Virus record (IMG/VR): IMGVR_UViG_3300038336_000104 | Location: 1 to 47,742 of that record | DNA: 47,742 bases | Strand: one strand, 5' to 3' | Origin: a virus | Shown: piece by piece, positions 25,861 to 32,150 of the stretch | Layout of the letters: every line of letters starts with the position of its first letter | Numbering within the stretch: position 1 is the first letter of the stretch | Program-made: the position numbers and the translations under genes | Notes under the pieces: model-generated | What the model was told of the DNA's origin: nothing | What the model saw: only the letters and a program-made list of their open reading frames with translations | Database searches by the model: none

Positions 25861-27562
25861 ACTTGAAAAATCTGAGTTCCGTTTGACCAATTGGCTGAGT
25901 ATGGTCATCAATATGATTAGTCCCAAAAATCTATATTTGATTGTTGGTCGCGGAGCAGGTAAAACATCTGATATATTAGCCGGGCGAGCCCAGGATATAG
26001 TGCATGATATGCCAGGAGCTCCACTTGCTTTTGTTGGCGATACGTATACAAATCTACTGAAAAACACAGCCAAAACATTTATTGAAGGATGGGAACGTCT
26101 TGGTTGGATTGAGGCTGATGGAAAAACCAAAGGGCATTTTGTGGTAGACAAACAACCTCCTGATTATTTCAAAAAGCCATTTACAAAGTTCAAATCATTC
26201 AAACACACGATTTCCACTTTTACCGGTGCCAATTTTACACTTGTGTCAATGGATCGGCCTTCCAGTGGTGCCGGTAGCAACTATGTTCATGTGCTTGGAG
26301 ACGAAGTTAAATATTTCAAAAAGAATAAGATAAAGAAACTTACACCCGCCATCAGGGGAAGTATTCAGCGTTTCGGACATTCACCCTATTTTCGGGGACG
26401 TACTTTTACTACCGACTTTCCGGACATGAACCGAATAGATGAAGATGACTGGATCCTGGACTTGAAGAAAAACATGAACAAAGAGCAAATCAAATCGATT
26501 CTCGATTGTGCTTTTATTCTTAATGCTATCCGAATTGAATACCAACAGGCCGAACAAACTAAAAATGTAGAATTGCTTAAGAAAGTTGCTGTTAAGCTTG
26601 TCAGATGGGAGAAAAGGTATTACAAAATCAGGATGAATTCCACTTTTTTCTACATTGCTTCCAGCTTTGTAAATGCCGATATCCTTACCGAGGGCTATTT
26701 CCCTGAACAATTGGCTGATGGGAGCTTAGAGGACTATCTTACATCCATTCTTTCAATGAAACCTGCCATAGAAAAAGGCATGCGTTTTTATGGTAATCTT
26801 AGTGAAGCACACTTTTACCATGATGGATACAACTATTCCTATTATGATCAGTATGGTATTCGTGATAACATTACTCAAAGCAGTCGCGGCTTGAAGTATA
26901 TTCGTAAGCATGAGAAGCTTGAAACTGGTGTCGACTTTGGTAACATGTGTAGTATGGTAATAGGGCAGGAGCAATGGCCAAACTACCGGGTATTAAAAAA
27001 CATGCATGTGCTTACACCCGAGTGGATAGATCATCTGGCTAAAAATTTTATTGATTTTTTCCAACACCACGAGCGCAAAGAATTAGATATGTATTACGAC
27101 CGTTCAGGGAATGCATACAGTAAGCAGAAACAAGACTTTGCAACCAAGTTAAAGAATGCCATCGAGAAGCGTAAAGATGACTCAGGAAGTGTTAAATCAA
27201 CAGGATGGAAAGTTAATCTGATGAGTGTTGGTCAGGGCAATATCTCCCATCCTGAAGAGTTCGACCTGATGAACGACTTGATGGGTAACCATGTTACAGC
27301 ATTACCTAAGCTACTGATTGATCAGTTCGAATGCAAAGAGCTAAAGAGTAGCCTGGAAATGGCACCAGTCGAGAAGGATGCAAAGGGCAATATCAAGAAG
27401 GTCAAGAAGTCAGAGAAGTTCCCAGTCAAACGCCTGCCCATGGAATCAACCAATTACAGTGATGCATTCAAGTACCTGATGTGCCGTAAGAAGTACATGG
27501 ACATTGTTAAGGCACGTCAACAGATCAAGTTTAGTGATGTAGCTATACGTGAAATGAGGTAA
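25850..27562 (+). CDS. terL: Terminase large subunit
   Basis: Walker A-like LYLIVGRGAGKTS, Walker B-like HVLGDEV, about 570 aa with a C-terminal nuclease-size region. I prefer the ATG at 25850 (MKIKLEKSEF). Confidence 0.85.
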   Translation: MKIKLEKSEFRLTNWLSMVINMISPKNLYLIVGRGAGKTSDILAGRAQDIVHDMPGAPLAFVGDTYTNLLKNTAKTFIEGWERLGWIEADGKTKGHFVVDKQPPDYFKKPFTKFKSFKHTISTFTGANFTLVSMDRPSSGAGSNYVHVLGDEVKYFKKNKIKKLTPAIRGSIQRFGHSPYFRGRTFTTDFPDMNRIDEDDWILDLKKNMNKEQIKSILDCAFILNAIRIEYQQAEQTKNVELLKKVAVKLVRWEKRYYKIRMNSTFFYIASSFVNADILTEGYFPEQLADGSLEDYLTSILSMKPAIEKGMRFYGNLSEAHFYHDGYNYSYYDQYGIRDNITQSSRGLKYIRKHEKLETGVDFGNMCSMVIGQEQWPNYRVLKNMHVLTPEWIDHLAKNFIDFFQHHERKELDMYYDRSGNAYSKQKQDFATKLKNAIEKRKDDSGSVKSTGWKVNLMSVGQGNISHPEEFDLMNDLMGNHVTALPKLLIDQFECKELKSSLEMAPVEKDAKGNIKKVKKSEKFPVKRLPMESTNYSDAFKYLMCRKKYMDIVKARQQIKFSDVAIREMR

Positions 27563-27570
27563 TTATTTGG

Positions 27571-27650
27571 GCGTGCCCCTTCGGGTCGGGCTTTCCGCTG
27601 TATCTTTTCCTTGCTTCGCCGGAAAAGGATGCCGCTGCAATCCCTCACGC
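27571..27650 (+). repeat. About 80-nt structured repeat element, copy 2, starting 9 nt after the terL stop
   Basis: See 17792-17872. The closing stem gcgtG/Cacgc differs from gcgtT/Aacgc in copy 1 by a compensatory pair change. Confidence 0.85.
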
Positions 27651-27947
27651 GGTTGGAAAAACATGGTTACTATATTAAAGAAGATACTACTAACCACCAG
27701 ACCGACCAACTTAAACAAAAATTTTAAAATAACTGTATAACGTACTGTTTAGATGCACGTTGTCATATATCCAATAAAAAACGCAATATGCAAAGGCATA
27801 TCATGGGCAGAGCGGGTCGGTCTGAAAGCAGGCTTTCACACTTTCCCGAAAGTGTGATAAAGGGCAAAAAGCCTCATTTACAGGAATAATAATCAATTTG
27901 ATTTTGATTTTTGATTCTTAACATGATTGAAATATTTGTAAACATTT

Positions 27948-28062
27948 AAAAACGGCTACCTTTTCTTTTCGGAAAGAAAAGGTAGACCAAAAGAAAACAG
28001 GCCCCCAAGGAATTTTTGCTTTTATGGTATTCAGTATAAATGGGGTGGGGGCGTTACCTTAA
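27948..28062 (-). ncRNA. Candidate minus-strand small RNA (promoter box to intrinsic terminator, no ATG)
   Basis: The minus-strand -7 box TAACTTTG is the + strand caaagtta at 28070-28077. About 100 nt without an ATG follow. The unit ends in a perfect 13-bp stem with a 4-nt loop (27956-27985) followed by TTTTT on the minus strand. Confidence 0.4.
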
Positions 28063-28083
28063 TTAATAGCAAAGTTATTGATC

Positions 28084-28219
28084 GTGAGTTGACAAAGTCA
28101 ATGGCCGCCTCCTGATGGAGCCGCGGCCCCGTGGGGTTCGGTCAGTTTTCGCTTTTTATTGTTTGTATTTTTCGGGATTGCGAAAACAGACATTCACCAT
28201 TGACAAGAAGTCAACTCAC
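28084..28219 (+). ncRNA. Multi-branch structured element upstream of the ArdC-N-like/SymE-like operon (leader or ncRNA)
   Basis: A bipartite closing stem (28084-28093 with 28210-28219, and 28097-28104 with 28197-28204) encloses hairpins at 28103-28128, about 28127-28136 and 28141-28191. Confidence 0.45.
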
Positions 28220-28284
28220 TCAATAAAATTTTTGCATTAATTAATTTAACGCTGGCGGCAACAGCACAATACGGCATTTGTATC

Positions 28285-28620
28285 ATGAAAAAATCAACAA
28301 CTGACGTTAAACAAAAGCGTCGTGAATTAAGTGCTTTATCCAAGGTGATTAAGGCACAGATCCATTCAGGGGAACTTGATGCAGGATCTGTTAACGAAGG
28401 ATTGATTGAGGTGTATTCCGGAGGAGAAGAAATTGAATTCAACACCTTTCATCAATGGAAAGACAAAGGGCTTTCGGTGAAAAAAGGAAGCAAAGCTTAC
28501 CTGGTATGGGGAACACCCAGGCAGGTACCAGTTCCTGATGCTGAAGATGATGATGAAATGAAGTTCTGGCCAATTTGCTACCTGTTTTCAGCCAATCAAG
28601 TTGAAAGGAGGCAGTCATGA
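28285..28620 (+). CDS. ArdC N-terminal-like (ssDNA-binding, anti-restriction-type) small protein
   Basis: 111 aa. FNTFHQWKDKGLSVKKGSKAYLVWG resembles the W.TF.Q...G..V+KGEK motif of the ArdC N-domain. Only part of that domain is present, so the function is tentative. Confidence 0.45.
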   Translation: MKKSTTDVKQKRRELSALSKVIKAQIHSGELDAGSVNEGLIEVYSGGEEIEFNTFHQWKDKGLSVKKGSKAYLVWGTPRQVPVPDAEDDDEMKFWPICYLFSANQVERRQS

Positions 28621-28811
28621 CACGATCAATTAAAGTGCAATCGCATGTTATTCCTCATTCATTCAGATCACCAATGAAGATTTTTAGTCAATTGTTGCTA
28701 AAAGGAAAATGGTTGTCTGAATCAGGGTTTACTCCTGGTGATCAGGTATCAATTGAGGTGACGCCTAACCAGATAATCCTCCGTAATATTAAGAAAGGAG
28801 GCCCGAGATGA
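28617..28811 (+). CDS. SymE-family (AbrB-fold) toxin-like protein
   Basis: LLLKGKWLSESGFTPGDQVSIEVTPNQIIL aligns with the E. coli SymE core [30 protein letters not shown]. ATGA overlap with the upstream gene. GAAAGGAGG lies 6 nt upstream of the ATG. Confidence 0.8.
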   Translation: MTRSIKVQSHVIPHSFRSPMKIFSQLLLKGKWLSESGFTPGDQVSIEVTPNQIILRNIKKGGPR

Positions 28812-28951
28812 TTGATGCTTTTGTAGAATTTCTCGATTCTATCTACTATGAAGGATATGCGATGCACACAGCTTTGGATGATCCGGGTAGGTTCACTTTT
28901 GAATTTAACGAATTCATTGAAAATTACGGTTCAGGACTTAAAAGGTCCTGA
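28808..28951 (+). CDS. Small acidic protein (47 aa, below the ORF-track cutoff)
   Basis: The ATG at 28808 overlaps the SymE-like stop (ATGA). The same GAAAGGAGG box lies 6 nt upstream. The gene ends inside a strong terminator. Confidence 0.5.
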   Translation: MIDAFVEFLDSIYYEGYAMHTALDDPGRFTFEFNEFIENYGSGLKRS

Positions 28952-28962
28952 ACCTTTTTTTT
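28928..28962 (+). terminator. Rho-independent terminator
   Basis: ggttcaggac N7 gtcctgaacc followed by TTTTTTTT. Confidence 0.85.
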
Positions 28963-28965
28963 GTG

Positions 28966-28973
28966 TAACTTTG
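28966..28973 (+). promoter_or_regulatory. Candidate -7 box TAACTTTG for the XRE-family gene
   Basis: Exact TAnnTTTG 25 nt before the ATG at 28998. Confidence 0.45.
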
Positions 28974-28997
28974 AGCTTTTAAACCAACTAGGTGGCT

Positions 28998-29228
28998 ATG
29001 CTGATTAATAATAAAAAGTATGTTCAAGCCCGGGAAAACATTTGTAGGCAGCTTCGGGAGACTGTTTTGGATAACAAGATATCAGTTGATGAGATTGCTT
29101 TGAAAACTGGATTAGTAAAATCAAACGTTAACAGGGTTTTAAATGGGATGTATGCTCCGAAATTGGACCATGTTATTGCTATTGCTGATGTTATCGGGTT
29201 TAAATTGACTATACAAGAGGTGCCATGA
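28998..29228 (+). CDS. XRE-family HTH transcriptional regulator
   Basis: 76 aa. ISVDEIALKTGLVKSNVNRVLNG...KLDHVIAIADVIGFKL is a classic Cro/C1-type HTH. Confidence 0.75.
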   Translation: MLINNKKYVQARENICRQLRETVLDNKISVDEIALKTGLVKSNVNRVLNGMYAPKLDHVIAIADVIGFKLTIQEVP

Positions 29229-29460
29229 TAAATTTTTAGAAATTTGTAGCTCAGTACTTGATTTATAAACTTTTATTTTTGTACGTTTGATGTCTTATTA
29301 AAAACCCGCATAGCTAAATAAGTTCTAATAATTACATTATTAACCAGTTAACAAATTTTGCTTGTATATAAAGAGTTTAAAATTCGACTATAGCAGGTCG
29401 TTATTTTCCCGGATTCATCTTTCTGCGAGCGATGGAAAGATATAATCTTGTTGGAAAACC

Positions 29461-29492
29461 GGTTCAGGGTCAGAGCTGGCCCTGAACCTTTT
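29461..29492 (+). terminator. Terminator-like hairpin related to 28928-28962
   Basis: ggttcaggg N10 ccctgaacc followed by TTTT. The flanks are also similar to those of the first copy. Confidence 0.6.
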
Positions 29493-29500
29493 ACTGTGTT

Positions 29501-29508
29501 TAATTTTG
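29501..29508 (+). promoter_or_regulatory. Candidate -7 box TAATTTTG
   Basis: Exact TAnnTTTG, at the same offset from the hairpin as the box at 28966. Confidence 0.45.
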
Positions 29509-29547
29509 AGATTTCACATCAAAATGTTCTTACAATGGTTAATAAGA

Positions 29548-29569
29548 GATTATTCTTATAAGAATCATC
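29548..29569. promoter_or_regulatory. 22-bp near-perfect palindrome GATTATTCTTATAAGAATCATC (candidate operator); a second CTTATAAG lies at 29574-29581
   Basis: 10 of 11 symmetric pairs. It sits between the candidate promoter and the ATG at 29648. Confidence 0.5.
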
Positions 29570-29647
29570 AACACTTATAAGGAGCTTTGGAATAATATTT
29601 TAGATAACAATGTTTCTATCTTTGAATAATCAAATTATACTATAATT

Positions 29648-30484
29648 ATGAAAAGCATAATAAAGAATATAATTTTTCCTGTCCTTGCATCTGGTATTTT
29701 TTTTTACGGAGTACAATCCTTAGTTGAGTATTATTCGCGTTCCGATGGCGCTTACCAAATGTTATTATATCAGTCCAATGATGAATATCATGCATTAATA
29801 CAGATTTCAAATGAATCAACAAAATCGCAAAATGACTTTAAGTTTTTCGTTTCTGATATTAAAAATGTTAAGCTTAGTCACTCTCGTGATATTCAATGTG
29901 AATTAATTTATGATAGTAAAGATTCTAGCCACTGTTTCTTTATCGTTCCTGATGTTTATCCTCGCGTAAGTTGTTATATAGATTTATCTGGACTAACCAG
30001 TAATTCGACAATTAGTTTTCTAAATGCGGAAGATCTCGGTTATAGCAGTTATGAAAGTCTAGTAAATAAGCAATTAAATTCTAAGTGGTTAGTTGTCATG
30101 AATTCGATTTTATATACTGTAATATTAGGAATAACCATGACATTACTAAATGTTCACACTACAAAACGATATGAACAAGAAAATAAAACACTTAGAGATA
30201 AATTACAGCAATTAACAAGTAATGTTGAAGATATTGGTAGGTCGTACAAATCATTGATGAAACATAGGTTACTATTACTAGCAAGAATAAGAGATTATGA
30301 GAAAGAATTGAATTTTTGGCAGACTACAATTTCAAAGATATTACTTAAGTCAAAATTGTTAAAACCCAAAACATTATTTAACATGATTACAACCGAACTA
30401 AAGACATTTGGAACAAAGGCATCGGATGTAAAAGATCTGTCATTTGCAGAGTATATTGCAAAAATAATAAGTAAAGAACAATAA
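29648..30484 (+). CDS. AT-rich membrane protein with two TM helices and a C-terminal coiled coil; function unknown
   Basis: 278 aa. TM segments IIFPVLASGIFFYGV and LVVMNSILYTVILGITMTLL. Heptad-like C-terminus. Visibly lower GC than the rest of the genome. Confidence 0.65.
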   Translation: MKSIIKNIIFPVLASGIFFYGVQSLVEYYSRSDGAYQMLLYQSNDEYHALIQISNESTKSQNDFKFFVSDIKNVKLSHSRDIQCELIYDSKDSSHCFFIVPDVYPRVSCYIDLSGLTSNSTISFLNAEDLGYSSYESLVNKQLNSKWLVVMNSILYTVILGITMTLLNVHTTKRYEQENKTLRDKLQQLTSNVEDIGRSYKSLMKHRLLLLARIRDYEKELNFWQTTISKILLKSKLLKPKTLFNMITTELKTFGTKASDVKDLSFAEYIAKIISKEQ

Positions 30485-30645
30485 CTAATTAAACTGATCA
30501 GTGAGAGGTTAACTAAGTTGTAACAATTGCAATTCAATTATGTTAACAAAGTATATTAGCTTGCAAATTAATAACTTACTCCCCACACCCCCTCAATTTT
30601 AACGGCAAAGTTACCTACATTAAAAATATTTTTCTCTAAAAACGA

Positions 30646-30721
30646 AAACCCGCTTCATGGAAATGTAAGCGGGCTTTCGCCCTTCGGGTGCGTTCAGTTT
30701 TTTCGGAAGGGAAAAAACTGA
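30646..30721 (+). ncRNA. Three-hairpin structured element related to the core of 28103-28191
   Basis: Hairpins at 30649-30673, 30678-30690 and 30694-30721. The segment cccttcgggtgcgttcagttttttcg matches cccgtggggttcggtcagttttcg at 20 of 24 positions plus a 2-nt gap. Confidence 0.4.
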
Positions 30722-30823
30722 CATGCATTTTTGTTCCAAAATTTTTAATCCGGTATTGGGTGGCCATTAAAATTAATGGTGTGCCAGGTACCGAAATAAA
30801 TCCGAAAGGCATCGGTGAAAAAA

Positions 30824-31207
30824 ATGTCGAACGACAATAAATCAACAAAAGCACCTGAAAATAAGGTGAAGGAAATGAAAACAGCTGCTAACCAGATTGA
30901 TGATCTGAAGGCATTGCTGGAAAAACAGATCGAGACTTATCAGCGCAAAAGTGAGCTGATCGGTCACCGGGACATGTTTATCGCAAAGCGTACCCAGTTG
31001 ATGAATTTCATTAAAGAGATGGGTACTGACTTTGACGAGAACATCGACAGCCATCAACTGAAGCTGTTTTTGACTGACAACAGGGGTTATCGTGATGATG
31101 CGAAGATCTCAATTTCAAACAACATGATTGTGCGAGATATCATTTCATCCATCATCGTAAGGATCAATACGAAGGTGGCTGAAATTGAAAAGGAGATTGT
31201 TTCCTGA
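30824..31207 (+). CDS. Coiled-coil protein of unknown function
   Basis: 127 aa from the ATG at 30824 (the ORF-track GTG start is at 30815). Confidence 0.6.
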   Translation: MSNDNKSTKAPENKVKEMKTAANQIDDLKALLEKQIETYQRKSELIGHRDMFIAKRTQLMNFIKEMGTDFDENIDSHQLKLFLTDNRGYRDDAKISISNNMIVRDIISSIIVRINTKVAEIEKEIVS

Positions 31208-31213
31208 TTATTA

Positions 31214-31236
31214 AGGGGGCTAACGCCCCTTTTTTT
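31214..31236 (+). terminator. Rho-independent terminator
   Basis: ggggc-taac-gcccc followed by TTTTTTT. Confidence 0.75.
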
Positions 31237-31412
31237 GTTCGTTTTTACAACAAGTTATCAACACCCTTAACTTATTTAAGATCATTAGTTAAATTTGCAG
31301 TTATAATCTCATTTATAGTATTATTCATTGAAATTATTACTGTATTTAGTTCTTATTTGTATTGTGGGTTTAATTTATTGAAAGTTTTCTTGACTTAATC
31401 AATAGTTGTATA

Positions 31413-31547
31413 TATATTTGCAAATCGAAAATTATCTGAATAACCTCTTGTTAGGTTGACCATTAAAAATTTGCGCCACTTATTACTATTTAAAAACTGT
31501 GTCACGCAAGAACTTGAACCCGATATCCCAAGTATCGGGTTTTTTTT
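31413..31547 (+). ncRNA. Candidate small RNA unit: -7 box TATATTTG (31413-31420), about 90 nt without an ATG, and an intrinsic terminator (31517-31547)
   Basis: Exact TAnnTTTG with a TTG about 20 nt upstream. The terminator is aacccgata N7 tatcgggtt followed by a T-run. There is no ATG between box and terminator. Confidence 0.4.
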
Positions 31548-31601
31548 CGCTTAATAGCGAAGGTAGTTACCGCCTAAAGGGACAGAAAGGAGGTATTCCT
31601 C

Positions 31602-31730
31602 ATAGATAATTTTCGAACAATTGATGGTCGACTACATAAGTTGGTATTCTGTAAATACATAACCAGAAATGGCAAACGTGTTTATCCGAAAAAGGCGAAA
31701 GCGTTTTCGTTTTGGGTACCTGTAACTTAA
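31602..31730 (+). pseudogene. Possible 42-codon basic ORF with ATA where a start codon is expected (decayed or non-canonically initiated gene)
   Basis: GAAAGGAGG (31585-31593) is followed 8 nt later by an in-frame ATA. The frame stays open to the TAA at 31728-31730 (..KLVFCKYITRNGKRVYPKKAKAFSFWVPVT). The same SD box precedes the two ATGA starts at 28617 and 28808. Confidence 0.25.
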
Positions 31731-31751
31731 ATGGTCTTGGGAAACCATGAA

Positions 31752-31778
31752 GGGGGCTGTTGGAGCCCCCTTTTTTTT
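31752..31778 (+). terminator. Rho-independent terminator
   Basis: gggggct N5 agccccc followed by TTTTTTTT. Confidence 0.8.
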
Positions 31779-31832
31779 ATACCCACTTTTCTGTCCTTTG
31801 CATTTTTTTATCCATGCTGCACCTTTGCATCC

Positions 31833-32150
31833 ATGGATGAAATCAATTTATTTTCTGCAATTGCAGAAATGCGAAAGTTAACGGCTCAGGGCATTCCTTT
31901 TTCGTTTGAGCATTACACCTGGGACGCGCTCAGGCAAAAATCGTCGGGTTTGCGGCGGGTGGATAAGGCAACGCTCAGGCCTTCGGCACGGGGTGATAGC
32001 ATTGAGCATGCTGATCACAAATTGTTTTATCAGGACTTGAACGTGGGAGATCCACTGAAAAATAAACGAAACTGCTGGCAAATTCTCATCGTGAGATTCA
32101 ACGGCATTAAGGTTACTCCAAAATCTGTGTTTTATGAGAATATCAAGTAA
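31833..32150 (+). CDS. Hypothetical protein upstream of the portal candidate
   Basis: 105 aa from the internal ATG (MDEINLFSAIAEMRKL). The longer ORF-track start would read through the terminator at 31752-31778. Confidence 0.55.
   Translation: MDEINLFSAIAEMRKLTAQGIPFSFEHYTWDALRQKSSGLRRVDKATLRPSARGDSIEHADHKLFYQDLNVGDPLKNKRNCWQILIVRFNGIKVTPKSVFYENIK

Noticed and set aside
27571-27650. The idea that the 80-nt repeat elements, or the 38284-38349 structure, are tRNA or tRNA-like genes
   Set aside because: A four-way-junction drawing is possible. However, there is no T-loop (GTTCRANYC) or D-loop consensus, no 7-bp acceptor stem and no anticodon-arm geometry.
28084-28219. A retron msr/msd or type III antitoxin RNA interpretation of the structured element
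   Set aside because: No reverse transcriptase gene occurs anywhere in the window, and there are no tandem RNA repeats. I kept only the generic leader-or-ncRNA interpretation.
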